48,627 nt of DNA, taken from assembly GCA_044224875.1 (NCBI GenBank), contig JBGAJQ010000040.1, forward strand, positions 1 through 48,627, given 5' to 3'. Below the pieces are notes generated by a model. That model saw only the letters and a program-made list of their open reading frames with translations, searched no databases and was not told where the DNA came from. The number at the start of each line of letters is the position of its first letter. The stretch's first letter is position 1. The position numbers were made by a program, and so were the translations under genes. This document shows positions 18,796 through 29,142 of this stretch, piece after piece. This DNA is from Gemmatimonadaceae bacterium. GTDB taxonomy: Bacteria; Gemmatimonadota; Gemmatimonadetes; Gemmatimonadales; Gemmatimonadaceae.

Positions 18796-19617
18796 ATGCT
18801 GTTCGCCGACCTTGGACTCTCCCGACGCCTTGAGGCTGCCGAAGGGCAGAGTTGCGCGGCATTCGTCGAATCTCGCGCCAGACTTCAGCCAAGCGTCGGA
18901 GCCACGTGGCGACGCATCGCCGGAGCGTATGTCATGTTCGACGGCGTGGGCTCCCCGCTTACCCAGACGTTTGGCGTCGGCGTGCATCAACCGCCGACGG
19001 CAGAGGACTTGGCGGAGATCGAGGCGTTTTATGGGAAGCGTGGGGCGACGGTGTTTCACGAAGTCAGTCCGATCATCGACGATGGCACGCTGGCCTTGCT
19101 CAACGCTCGCGGGTATCGGCCGTGTGAGCTGACCTCCGTGATGTTCAGGCCGATCGCGCGCGACCTGCGCCTAACGAACGCCGTGAGCCACGCCGTCCAG
19201 GTCCGAGCGGTGGGGCCTGACGATGCGGACGATTGGGTGGCGACGGCGACGCGCGGCTGGAGCGAGTTTCAGGAGTATGCGGCGATGATGGAGGAGCTGT
19301 CGCGAGTGTCGGTCGCCACCAAGGGCACCACGTCGTTCCTGGCGGAGCTGGATGGGCGGCCGGTGGCAGCTGGGGGTTTGAGCGTTCGCGAGGGCGTGGG
19401 CGTGCTCGCTGGTGCGTCGACGGTTCCGGAAGCGCGACGGCGCGGAGCGCAGAACGCGTTGTTGGAGGCGCGCCTGCGCTACGCGGCTGAGGCAGGGTGT
19501 GACCTGGCGATGATGTGCGCCAAGCCTGGCAGTGCATCACAGCGCAACGCGGAGCGGAACGGGTTCCGCATAGCGTATACGCGGATCAAGTGGATGCTGG
19601 AGGCGTCGGCGGGGTAG
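18796..19617 (+). CDS. GNAT-family acetyltransferase
   Basis: Acetyl-CoA motif ASTVPEARRRGAQNALL, SASQRNAERNGF. ATG 18796 chosen (MLFADLGLSRRLE). Confidence 0.88.
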   Translation: MLFADLGLSRRLEAAEGQSCAAFVESRARLQPSVGATWRRIAGAYVMFDGVGSPLTQTFGVGVHQPPTAEDLAEIEAFYGKRGATVFHEVSPIIDDGTLALLNARGYRPCELTSVMFRPIARDLRLTNAVSHAVQVRAVGPDDADDWVATATRGWSEFQEYAAMMEELSRVSVATKGTTSFLAELDGRPVAAGGLSVREGVGVLAGASTVPEARRRGAQNALLEARLRYAAEAGCDLAMMCAKPGSASQRNAERNGFRIAYTRIKWMLEASAG

Positions 19618-19647
19618 GGTCGGCTGGGTTCCGCGCGAGCCAAGGAG

Positions 19648-22600
19648 TCAGTGATCGCTCAGGACTTTCGCGACGTGCTTGCGAACAGCATCGTCCGCGA
19701 GACCGGTGAGGGCAGCGAGTGCGGCGGGATTTCGTCGGACGTCCTCCCGTTCCGTCAGGGCGACCATGATGGGCCATGCCAGCGGTCGCACTGAGGCTTC
19801 CATCGCGCGGTAAGCGCGAAGTGTCGCAACCAGGAGGCCCTCCGGTGCGTGGGGATCACGCACCGCCAGCTCCCACTCACCGATTGCGGAGGGGAGGAGC
19901 TTGTCCGCCCACACGCGACGGGGGTCATCGCTCGGCATCCCGACCTTGGCGTTGCGTAATGAAAAGATCACCTCGGCCATCGCTTCCGGTTGAAGGGCGC
20001 GTCTGGGGCGCGCGAGGATCCGCTCAATGGTGGTCGTGGGCGGATTGTCACTGCCTGCCAACCGAATCGCCCGCGCCCAATCGCGCCCCGGAATGGTCGT
20101 GTCGGCGACGGCACGGAGCATGAGGTCGAACACCGCGTCTCTCTCCGCCCCCAAGGGAAGCGAACGCGCCAGGATCATGAGCGATGTAGGATGGCGACGA
20201 ATCATAGGATGCGCCGCGAACTGACGCCGCAGCCCTGTCCTATCGTTGATGAGTCGTGAGGCGGCTCCGACGAGCAGGTCGCCAAGGGAGTCCACGGGAA
20301 AGCGCGGAATGGCAATCAGTCGCCGGATGGCCTCTCGCGCAGCCAGTGAGTCTGCGCGCGACATGGCCGCGGAGGCCCGGGTCGCCCAGACAGCTGCTGA
20401 CCGCCTAACGGCGGACCGGTCGAGCAAGACGGAAAAACGTGGGCGCTGGAACTTCAGTGAGGCGGCCATGCGCACCAGTGTCGAGTCGGGCGCGTCTGGT
20501 AGGAGGGACAATCGTTCCACCGCGCGCAGCGCGTATTCCTCACAGGGCGGATGCATCAGCCCCAGATAGCCCAGGGCGAGTCGCTCGAGTGCCGCGGCAT
20601 TACTCCGAATGGCAGGGTGATCAATCAGTGAATCTGGCGGAACGCGTCCCTGATTCGGACATGACGCCACGTACGCGTACACGAGTTGAAGGTACGCGAC
20701 GCTGGTCAGCGTGTTGTCCGCCAGGTGCAATCGGGCGAGCGCAGCGAGCTTCCGGCGGGCCGCCTGTGCAACGGATTTATCGTCGTATGCATTCGGCGCA
20801 GTGTCGCGAAAGAGGAGTTCGAGCAACTCTGGGCGTGTTGACGTGGCGAGGCCGTTGAGGACCACGCTGGGAACCTTCGTGCCCACGCGACGTTCCGACG
20901 CTTGCGCGAGTAGCCGCGGCCAGATGCCCGGAGGCGTGTCTTGGTCGTCGGCCAACGTCGATAGGAAGTCGCCGAGGGGTCGAGCGAGGGTATCGGCCAG
21001 AACCTCGTCGATGATGTGCGCCAGCACCGCGGAGTCACCCGCGGCGAACTCGAGACAATCAACCGGGTCACTTATTCGCCTGATGCCAGCGTCGCGGCGT
21101 TTCAGGTGACAAATCCCGTCGATCCATCCGATGGCACTGGGAACTATCGCGCCAATCCTTCGACCCACATAGCATGTTCCATCACACGGCCCATCGGAGT
21201 CGTAGTCGACCTCGAACAGCTGCAACCCGGAGTGCGGGAGCTGCAGGGTGGTTCGCGCGGCCGACTGTCGCTGGCGGCCGCGCCCCTTGAGCCAGTCCCG
21301 AATTTGCGGGTCCACGTTGAACGAAGTGTCGGAGGCGATTTGGCGCGGCCGCGCCGGCACCGGATCGATGCCCGTGAAGAACATGGGGCGAAGTACCCCG
21401 GAGACGGCCGGATGCGAGGCGATCAGTCGTTCGAGCGAGTCCCGCACTGATGCTGACGGTAGCCCTTCGAAAGCAATCGTGCTCGCGCGTCCGAGTCCTA
21501 CCGTGTCTCTGTCGATCTCGACGGCACCGACCAACTGCAGGAACTCCTGGATGTCAATTTCCCTAGTCCCGAGCTGATAGGAGACATAGAGGTCTGGTCG
21601 CCCGTTGGGTGGTCTCCCCTGCGAAAGGGAATCGGCGCTGGCTCCCTGCCGCTGCTGGATACGGAGTCGCCGGCGACGTTCGGCGATCATCTTCTGCACA
21701 GAGTCCCGGACGAGAATTCGTGACACGCCAGAGACGCCAGGGCCTGCGCCCGCCCTCACGGCGGCTTGCACGCCTGCTGATCCGCGGTCGGGGATTCGTA
21801 CGACGAGCCTGACTACTGCCGAATCCGAATACGTAGTGCCAACGACTTCCCCCTCCATGCGATCGAGCGCGAACAAACACGCTCCCCTTGGCATGCGGCG
21901 AAAGCAACGCAGCTCCAACAGGTTCGCGTAGTATGGCGCGATCATCGTGGTGTCTGACAGGACACGTGCCTGACGATAGACGGAGTCCGGTGCGGGATTC
22001 GGCGGATCAACAGGTAGCAGGCCCCGAGCGATATTCGCGCGCAAGATGAACGGCGTCGCAATGTCGATGACGCGCACGTCCACGTTCAGTCGCAATGTTC
22101 GCGAGCGTGTTCGCTCGCTCGGCCCCAGGGTTCCCGCCGCACTATCGTCCTCGGCGGTCTTGAGCCGCCACCAGACGAATGGTCCGGAAATTCCTCTCAG
22201 CTCCTGGTGCCACAGGATCGGCCCGTCATTCCATTGCGATGGCCGAGTCCAATCGGTGAAGAGGGCTTGTCGCGGACGGGAACGTCCTTCGACACGGTAA
22301 TCACCGAGGGAGTCCCATCTTGATTCTGGGACGGCGGTTGTCTGCAGCGAATCTGGTTGCAGCAGCAACCATCCAGGCATGCGAAGTGGCACGCGCGAGC
22401 GGTTCTCCAGCGCGACGTCGACTTCGACTCTCAGGTAGACGCTTGCCGGCTCCGTTTGCGTGCCGCCCTGAAAGCTCCAACGCACGCCATCCACCACCAG
22501 GCGAAGGGTTGCCGTGTCAGGCTGCTGCACATCGACCACGGGTCGTGCAGGGGAAGGGAAACGTATGTGTAGGAAACCATCAGACCGGAGTTGCGCGACG

Positions 22601-22743
22601 GAGCTGTCGGTCGGTGCCGGCAGGGAGGAAGCGGAGAGGGTTTCACTCGCCGCCGGTCTGTCGTGACGAGCAGCGGGTGTCCCCGACCCTGGAGCGACAA
22701 CGGTGCTGGCGAGTAGTGCCGCCGAGATTCCGAGCTCTCTCAT
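19648..22743 (-). CDS. Large exported hypothetical protein with C-terminal alpha-helical repeats
   Basis: About 1030-codon ORF; signal-like MRELGISAALLAS; recurring HPxIRx(N/H) units in the C-terminal third. Confidence 0.65.
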   Translation of the reverse strand: MRELGISAALLASTVVAPGSGTPAARHDRPAASETLSASSLPAPTDSSVAQLRSDGFLHIRFPSPARPVVDVQQPDTATLRLVVDGVRWSFQGGTQTEPASVYLRVEVDVALENRSRVPLRMPGWLLLQPDSLQTTAVPESRWDSLGDYRVEGRSRPRQALFTDWTRPSQWNDGPILWHQELRGISGPFVWWRLKTAEDDSAAGTLGPSERTRSRTLRLNVDVRVIDIATPFILRANIARGLLPVDPPNPAPDSVYRQARVLSDTTMIAPYYANLLELRCFRRMPRGACLFALDRMEGEVVGTTYSDSAVVRLVVRIPDRGSAGVQAAVRAGAGPGVSGVSRILVRDSVQKMIAERRRRLRIQQRQGASADSLSQGRPPNGRPDLYVSYQLGTREIDIQEFLQLVGAVEIDRDTVGLGRASTIAFEGLPSASVRDSLERLIASHPAVSGVLRPMFFTGIDPVPARPRQIASDTSFNVDPQIRDWLKGRGRQRQSAARTTLQLPHSGLQLFEVDYDSDGPCDGTCYVGRRIGAIVPSAIGWIDGICHLKRRDAGIRRISDPVDCLEFAAGDSAVLAHIIDEVLADTLARPLGDFLSTLADDQDTPPGIWPRLLAQASERRVGTKVPSVVLNGLATSTRPELLELLFRDTAPNAYDDKSVAQAARRKLAALARLHLADNTLTSVAYLQLVYAYVASCPNQGRVPPDSLIDHPAIRSNAAALERLALGYLGLMHPPCEEYALRAVERLSLLPDAPDSTLVRMAASLKFQRPRFSVLLDRSAVRRSAAVWATRASAAMSRADSLAAREAIRRLIAIPRFPVDSLGDLLVGAASRLINDRTGLRRQFAAHPMIRRHPTSLMILARSLPLGAERDAVFDLMLRAVADTTIPGRDWARAIRLAGSDNPPTTTIERILARPRRALQPEAMAEVIFSLRNAKVGMPSDDPRRVWADKLLPSAIGEWELAVRDPHAPEGLLVATLRAYRAMEASVRPLAWPIMVALTEREDVRRNPAALAALTGLADDAVRKHVAKVLSDH

Positions 22744-22963
22744 CACAGACGTCCCGCCAGCCGCCCGGCAATGGGTTCGAGGACGGCGATATCGGCCGTT
22801 TGTGTGTGCTCTAATAGCATCTCTTTCCCACCCCACCTTCCGGCAGACCTTTAACAGCCAGAGACGATATTCCCTCGATTGGGACGGACTTCGAGCTCGC
22901 TGCGCAACGCGGCTTCAATGTACAGCAGGCGCCCACGCACTGACGCGGGGCGCCCGTCCGATT

Positions 22964-24733
22964 CTAGAAATGGAATCCGTAGCCGAAGAACACCGGCTGC
23001 ATGCCCAGCAACCCGAGGCCGCCCAGCATCAACCCGCCCACCATCAACGTGAACGGCAGGTAGATCACGCGTTGGATCATGGCATTGTTCCACGGAACGT
23101 GATGCAACACCGGCATGAGCGTAATTCCAATCGCGAGGCCCAGAAACGAAACCTGCATCATCTGCAGGCACATCGCGGCGAATCCGACGCCGCACGCTAG
23201 TTCGAAACCCTGCACCAACGGATGGTCCGGGTGGCTGCCGGTGATGGCGCGTCGCACCCATTGCCACGCACGGCCGAACCACGCCGTGTGGGGGGTCGTG
23301 GCAGAATGGGTGGACGTCGTCTTGTCGCCGGTGACGAGGAAGGTGGCCTTGCGCGTGACCAGGTAGCCCAGGACACCTAACGAGGACATCGGCCCCAGTG
23401 CCGCGTAGATCACGCTGCTTTGGCACAGGAACCGCACCAGGGCCCTGGGCTGACGCCAGAGGTCGATGATGAAGCAGAGGATCGGCGAGATGAACGTCAG
23501 AACCGTGATCAGGAAGAAGTCCCACGTGTTCACCACGGAAAAGCCCGCATCCAGTGCTCGCGTCGGCACCACCAACTCCCTTCCCGCCAGCACCAACGTG
23601 AGGGGCTGTGGATGCGTGAACAGCATCGTGAAGAGCACGTTGGCATCAATGACGAACAGGAAGTACACGAGCGCGAGCGGAAGGCTGAGTGCCGGGAACA
23701 GCACGTCGAGCTTCTCCACCAGGGGAATGTTCCGAGACCGCAACGCAGGCCACATCTCCTTCGCGAAGAATTCGCAGGTGCCACGCGTCCACTTCATGTG
23801 CCGTACTCGGAAGGCCCGCATCGTCTCGGGAAACTCCTCCAGGCATATCACGTCCTCGGCGAACACGCCGTGCCAACCCTGCTCACGGGCGCGCAGTGAG
23901 AACGCCAGGTCCTCAGAAACGATCTCGGGGAAACCACCAACGGATTCCCAGACATCACGGCGGATCAGCGCTCCATGTCCCAGCAGCATCACGAATCCAA
24001 AGCGGTTGCGGAGCGGATGGTACCACCGCCAATGGATGTCGATACCCACGCCAACCGCCGCCTTGAGCGTACCACGACCGGCGGGATTGCAGCGGTGGTT
24101 CGCCTGCACGTATCCGCAGCTGTCGTCGGTCAGCAGTCGTGGCACCATCCGGCGCAGGAAGTCGGGGGGAAGAATCTCATCCGCATCGGCAATCACGAAG
24201 AGCGGTTCCATGGCCGTCGTGGACAGCCCGTGATTCAGGTTGCCGGCCTTGAAGCCGCGACGGTCCGGCCGGCGCACGACGCGAATGCGTTCCGGGTCTT
24301 GTGCGGCAAATTGGTCAACGCGCGCCTTCGCCTCAGGGTCAGAACTGTCATCCAGCAGGTACAACGTGAAGGCCGCGTAGTCCTGCGCCAGGCAGGATGC
24401 CGCACTCTCCTCGACAAAGTCGTTGCAGGTGACGTATAGGAGCGCCACGGGCGTCTCCAGCGCCCGCGGCGACGGCTGTGGAACGACCACGCCGCGCCGT
24501 GTGCGGCGGTACCACATGGCAAACACCACAACGCCAACGTTGTAGAACCCATACAGCCACGCGACTTCGGTGAACACGATGAAGAACAGGACGGCTCCGC
24601 GCGAGACAGGTCCGTGGGCCATGTCCATGAGCGCGGTCAAACGCGGGTGAAACCACACCACGCTGGCCATCCACGCGGCAAAGATGCTGAGGTACGCCCA
24701 CGGGTGCGCCGCCCACTGCTTCGCGGCGCGCAT
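22964..24733 (-). CDS. Processive GT2 glycosyltransferase (cellulose-synthase-like), polytopic
   Basis: LLDDSSD, FKAGNLN, IADADE, YVQ, VSEDL, RVRHMKWTRG (QxxRW variant); flanking TM helices. ATG overlaps the upstream TAA (TAATG at 24731-24735). Confidence 0.9.
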   Translation of the reverse strand: MRAAKQWAAHPWAYLSIFAAWMASVVWFHPRLTALMDMAHGPVSRGAVLFFIVFTEVAWLYGFYNVGVVVFAMWYRRTRRGVVVPQPSPRALETPVALLYVTCNDFVEESAASCLAQDYAAFTLYLLDDSSDPEAKARVDQFAAQDPERIRVVRRPDRRGFKAGNLNHGLSTTAMEPLFVIADADEILPPDFLRRMVPRLLTDDSCGYVQANHRCNPAGRGTLKAAVGVGIDIHWRWYHPLRNRFGFVMLLGHGALIRRDVWESVGGFPEIVSEDLAFSLRAREQGWHGVFAEDVICLEEFPETMRAFRVRHMKWTRGTCEFFAKEMWPALRSRNIPLVEKLDVLFPALSLPLALVYFLFVIDANVLFTMLFTHPQPLTLVLAGRELVVPTRALDAGFSVVNTWDFFLITVLTFISPILCFIIDLWRQPRALVRFLCQSSVIYAALGPMSSLGVLGYLVTRKATFLVTGDKTTSTHSATTPHTAWFGRAWQWVRRAITGSHPDHPLVQGFELACGVGFAAMCLQMMQVSFLGLAIGITLMPVLHHVPWNNAMIQRVIYLPFTLMVGGLMLGGLGLLGMQPVFFGYGFHF

Positions 24734-25593
24734 TATCGCACCCGCGTCGCGATCAGCGACAAGCCAAGGGCGACCGTGGTGAACGGTTGGCTCCCGGCGA
24801 CCCGTTCGTGACGAATGAGCACGTGCATGCGATGCCACCCGCCAATGGGCGCCGTGGCGCGAACAAACGCGTCAACGACGGCACCGGTGTAGGCGCCGTC
24901 GAAGCTCTCGTTATGCCCGCCGGCCAGTCCGGCGGCGACCGACACCTCGCCCATCGGCCGATACTCGGCGCTCACCAAGGCGCGCCACTGCGATTCGCCA
25001 GGAAGGCCGCTTCGCGCATAGAACAGGGTAGGCTCCACACGCAGACGCGCCCCCGCGGCCACGTTGGTTCCGACATGGCCGACCCACTCAGTCCGATGGT
25101 CAGAGCGTAAGCCGAGTTGCGCTCCGGCCTTCAGGGCGGCCCCGTTCGTCAGGTACATCACCTGCTCGACACCGGCGAGATTCTGCGAGACATCGCCGGG
25201 AAGGGACCGATGACCACCTTCGATCACGGTGGTGAAGTGTCCGCCCCAGTTCGCCATTGCACCCGCGCGATACTGAGGGACCGCACGATTGGAACGGATC
25301 AGCGTCAGGTTCTCGAGGGACAGCGAGTTCTCGTAGCCGGCAAAGAGGCGCAGCGCATTCGACGGCCAAAAGGCAACGTCCAGGGAACGCAGGCCCCCAG
25401 CGGATCGGGCACCACCAGTGGCCCCACCATCGGAAAACGAGGTGTAGCTGCCCCACAGGTGCAACTCAGCGGCAGGACGCTTGGTGGCTGTTGGGGATTG
25501 TGCGATCGCGTTGTGGGCGACGAGCAGCAGGCCGATCGCTTTGGTTGTCGCGCCGAGCGCGAAGCGTGGCGATATGAACACGTTGGGCTCCAT
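24733..25593 (-). CDS. Outer-membrane beta-barrel protein, YaiO-like
   Basis: Signal peptide, then alternating amphipathic strands ending TTVALGLSL; translationally coupled to a GT2 gene, as in yaiO-yaiP. Confidence 0.65.
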   Translation of the reverse strand: MEPNVFISPRFALGATTKAIGLLLVAHNAIAQSPTATKRPAAELHLWGSYTSFSDGGATGGARSAGGLRSLDVAFWPSNALRLFAGYENSLSLENLTLIRSNRAVPQYRAGAMANWGGHFTTVIEGGHRSLPGDVSQNLAGVEQVMYLTNGAALKAGAQLGLRSDHRTEWVGHVGTNVAAGARLRVEPTLFYARSGLPGESQWRALVSAEYRPMGEVSVAAGLAGGHNESFDGAYTGAVVDAFVRATAPIGGWHRMHVLIRHERVAGSQPFTTVALGLSLIATRVR

Positions 25594-25775
25594 GTATTGG
25601 TGAGAAGGGAGTGACCTTCACCGGAGCCACTAGGGCAAGCGACGCGCCTACCGCCTGCGGACTGCTATCTGCATGCCGCGCTGCCACTTGTCCGCGTGCG
25701 CACAAAACGCGGCGATCCATGCACTGGATTACCGCGAGACAACCTGGATCGAAACGGCACAGCGAGTCTGCGTTG

Positions 25776-27704
25776 CTACTGCGTCGTCTCGCGCAGGATC
25801 AACAGGTCGAGTCTGGTAGCGCGCAATGGCGAGTGGTACACGCGCATCGTCGCCGGCCGATAATCACTCGGCTTCGCGAAGAAGATGTTCTCCACGAACG
25901 TCTGCGGATTCCGATCGATGTGGGGGAACCACGTGCTCTGAATCTGCACCATGATCCGGTGCCCCTTCCGGAAGGTATGGTTGATGTCCGGCATCGAAAA
26001 ACGGATGGAGTCTGGCTGGTTAGGCGCGAAGGGGACGGGGCGCTCGAAGGAACGGCGGAACTTGCCGCGGAACGGTTCGCCTCGCACCAACTGCTGATAG
26101 CCGCCCACCTTGAATCCGGACGTGTCCCCCGGCCAGTTGGAGGCGTTGTCGGGAAAGACATCGATCAGCTTCACCACAAAGTCGGCGTCCGTCCCTGACG
26201 TGGCGACTTGCAGCACCGGGCTGACGGGCCCACTGACCGTCACGTCTTCGGTCAGCACCTCGGTCTGGTAGACCAGCACGTCCGGCCGGCGCGCCGCAAA
26301 GCGTTGGTCGGCGGTGATGTAGTCGCGCGGCATCCCTTGGCCCTCGATGCGGTCGACCAGCGGCACCGGCTTGTTCGGGTCCGAGACGTAGCTGTCGAAA
26401 GGTGTAGCTGAAGCAGCTGGCGGGGAAAAGCTCAGCCCTCCCTGAGGCGCCAGATAGAGCGACCGCGGCTCGACGTTCTTTGGCGGCCACTGGTCGAACC
26501 GGTCCCAGCGATCGGCGCCGGTGCGAAAGACGAGCGCCTCGGGAAGCGCGGGATCCGGCGCGTCCTTGAGGTAATGCATGAAGAACGGGAACTCCACGGA
26601 GTCGCGGAAGAACGGCCCGGTCCGTGTGTTCCACCGCAGGGTGCCTAACGACGTTCCATCACCTCGGCCCCACCCGCCGTGCGACCACGGACCGACAACG
26701 ATCCGGTTGTCGGCGCCCGGGCTTTGGTCCTCGACCGCGTGATAGGTGGCCCACGGTCCAAAGAGGTCCTCGGTGTCGTAGAAGCCGCCGACGGTGAGCA
26801 TCGCCGGCTTCATGTGGCGCAAGTGCGGACGCAGGTCGCGCGATTTCCAGAACGCGTCGTAGTTCGGGTGAGCCACTACGCTGTCCCAGTAGGGCGCCGT
26901 CCCCGGGGCGAAGTACCGCTTGGCTCCCTCGCCTGCGGCACCCAGGTTCAGGTAGAACTGGTAGGCATCCGGCGTGCCCATGGAAAATGGATACCGTGGG
27001 TCGGGGGCCGGCTCCTGTCGCGGACCGCGCCCGAACGACACGTAAAATGAGAAGTTGTGCGGCAGCAGGAAGGCGCCGTTGTGAAACAGGTCGTCGCCAG
27101 CCGCAACGTCTGTCATTGGTGCTTGCGGCGAGCAGGCCTTGAGTGCCGGGTGTGCATCGATGCACGATGCCGACGTGTAGAACCCGGGATACGATCCTCC
27201 CACAATGCCGACGCGGCCGTTGTTCCCCGGCAGGTACTTCACAAGCCAGTCGATCGTGTCGTACGAGTCCGTGCTTTCGTCGACGTCCGTGTCGCCATGC
27301 TTCGTTGACAGGTGCGGCGTCATTTCCCGGAAGTTGCCCTCCGAGAGGTTGCGCCCGCGGGCGTCCTGGTACACAAAGATGAACCCCTCGGCCTGGTAGT
27401 GCTCGTTAGGCCCGAGCGATGCGCGATAGGCGTCTGCGCCGTACGGACCAACACCGTACGGCGTGCGTGTCATCAGGATTGGGTAGGTGCGCGTGGTATC
27501 GCGCGGGATGTAGATGCTCGTGAAGAGTTGGACTCCGTCGCGCACGCGGATTCGCGTTTCCACCTTGCGGTACCCGGCGCGGACGGCCTCCGCGCCAGCG
27601 TTCGCGACGGGTCCCTGTGCGGCGGCTGTTCCCCACGCAAGCGTCAGAGTCGCGAAAAGGACGGCGAGGGACGAGACCGGCGTGGATCGGCGATAGGGCG
27701 TCAT
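25776..27704 (-). CDS. CocE/NonD family hydrolase (alpha-amino acid ester hydrolase / glutaryl-7-ACA acylase-like)
   Basis: RDGVQLFT, RTPY, QDARGR, nucleophile GGSYPG, GGFYDTED, GPWSHGGW, GHRIMVQIQSTWFP; signal peptide. Confidence 0.93.
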   Translation of the reverse strand: MTPYRRSTPVSSLAVLFATLTLAWGTAAAQGPVANAGAEAVRAGYRKVETRIRVRDGVQLFTSIYIPRDTTRTYPILMTRTPYGVGPYGADAYRASLGPNEHYQAEGFIFVYQDARGRNLSEGNFREMTPHLSTKHGDTDVDESTDSYDTIDWLVKYLPGNNGRVGIVGGSYPGFYTSASCIDAHPALKACSPQAPMTDVAAGDDLFHNGAFLLPHNFSFYVSFGRGPRQEPAPDPRYPFSMGTPDAYQFYLNLGAAGEGAKRYFAPGTAPYWDSVVAHPNYDAFWKSRDLRPHLRHMKPAMLTVGGFYDTEDLFGPWATYHAVEDQSPGADNRIVVGPWSHGGWGRGDGTSLGTLRWNTRTGPFFRDSVEFPFFMHYLKDAPDPALPEALVFRTGADRWDRFDQWPPKNVEPRSLYLAPQGGLSFSPPAASATPFDSYVSDPNKPVPLVDRIEGQGMPRDYITADQRFAARRPDVLVYQTEVLTEDVTVSGPVSPVLQVATSGTDADFVVKLIDVFPDNASNWPGDTSGFKVGGYQQLVRGEPFRGKFRRSFERPVPFAPNQPDSIRFSMPDINHTFRKGHRIMVQIQSTWFPHIDRNPQTFVENIFFAKPSDYRPATMRVYHSPLRATRLDLLILRETTQ

Positions 27705-27904
27705 GATAACTCCAAGTCATTGCGTGCCCGGTCTGCGGATGCGGCCGGACAAAGGGATGTCACCTACTCGCGCAGGCCGTTCCGTCGGCGATGCCGGAAA
27801 GAATATCGCGGTTCGACTTCGTTGCGTGACCCTCCGCGCATGCAATCACCACGGCGCTTCGGCGGCGGGGGACGTTCCACGGCGCATGTGCGTGTGCGGC
27901 ACAA

Positions 27905-28075
27905 GGGTTCCTGAACGGGTTGCCGTCGTCGGCACCAGAGAGGCCGACGGGGCTGCGGCGGGACGACTCGCTCGAGCGTGGGCGAGGCCGACCGGCGGCC
28001 AATAGTGGAGCCCGGTTCGGAACGCCGCTAGGTGGCCCCTCCGTGCCCCGGAGCCCGTTTACACAGGCAGGATCC
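27905..28075 (+). ncRNA. Candidate multi-stem structured RNA or 5' leader (unassigned)
   Basis: Closing helices 27906-27921 with 28052-28075 enclose several nested hairpins; G-U pairs favour the + strand. Confidence 0.35.
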
Positions 28076-28112
28076 GTCGGGCCAATCAACTCACTGCTAC
28101 GTCGAGGCGCTC

Positions 28113-29105
28113 ATGACCGTGTCGCGATTGCTCATACCTGCTCCGATCGCCGCGTTGGCGGTTCTGCTTCTGGCGACTTCCACGACTGCACGGGCACAAA
28201 AGGACACGGATTGCGCTGGACTGAAGCTGGCTGAGGCCAGCGGCATCCCCGAAGGGAGCAGTCACGTGTACCGGTTCCAGGGAACGTGCGACATCACGGA
28301 GCGCTCGAACGGCCGGACGTATCTCGTGGCGCAACAGTGGACCCGCGCGGAGGCCATGTGGCAGGCTGCGACGGGAGAGTTCCACGAGTCGGTCACGACG
28401 GAGGGGAAGTATCCTGGTACGATCGAGATGTGGCTCAAGTGCGGTAGGGACCCAGTAATCGAGAGTGGAAGCTGCATCCAAGTGAAGTTCCAGAATCCGA
28501 CCGGGTGGCCCGGTTTTGACGGGGCTTGGAAGCAGCATCGCCCCGTGACCCGCGGCAAGACGACATTGGCCGAGGCGACGGCGATTGCGAAGCGCGGGCC
28601 ACTGGCGGCTGAACCTTCTGGGGGCGCTCCGTCGAAGGAGGGGGCGGCCGCCGGAAAGGCCATAACGAGTCCATCCGGGATCGTCGCTCTCGAGGCGGAA
28701 ACACTGCTTCCGAGCGCGCAAGCGACGCACGGAAAGGTCGGCGTGCAGCGAATGACCGACTTTGGAAATTTCTGGGGCGGAAACGAGCAGCTCTTCTGGG
28801 AGGTGGGTCAGCCGGGCGCGCAACTCCGTGTGGAGCCCAAGGTGCCGAGGGCCGGCCGTTACGAGGTCTTCGTTGCGTTCACGAAGGCGCCGGACTTCGG
28901 ATTGCTCGAGGCCAGCTTCGATGGCGGGTCGGCAATCACGATCAATGGTTACGGCAAGGACGTCACTCGTGACCGCGCGTTGCTCGGGATGTTCGACCTC
29001 ACTGCCGGTCCGCACCAGCTGCTGCTGGCGATCTCCGGCCGTGACCGCATGTCGACAGGGTTCCGGGTCGGGATCGATCGCATCGAACTGAAACCAGTGC
29101 CTTAG
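28113..29105 (+). CDS. Secreted hypothetical protein with a C-terminal carbohydrate-binding-like beta-sandwich
   Basis: Signal peptide (TARA/Q); C-terminal LEAETL...WGGNEQLFW...GRYEV...TKAPDFG...LTAGPHQL...GIDRIEL, resembling the module seen at the end of DUF2961 proteins; GAGG RBS before ATG 28113. Confidence 0.75.
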   Translation: MTVSRLLIPAPIAALAVLLLATSTTARAQKDTDCAGLKLAEASGIPEGSSHVYRFQGTCDITERSNGRTYLVAQQWTRAEAMWQAATGEFHESVTTEGKYPGTIEMWLKCGRDPVIESGSCIQVKFQNPTGWPGFDGAWKQHRPVTRGKTTLAEATAIAKRGPLAAEPSGGAPSKEGAAAGKAITSPSGIVALEAETLLPSAQATHGKVGVQRMTDFGNFWGGNEQLFWEVGQPGAQLRVEPKVPRAGRYEVFVAFTKAPDFGLLEASFDGGSAITINGYGKDVTRDRALLGMFDLTAGPHQLLLAISGRDRMSTGFRVGIDRIELKPVP

Positions 29106-29142
29106 ACCTGGGCCGGCCACACGACGGAGTCGCGTCAGCTGC

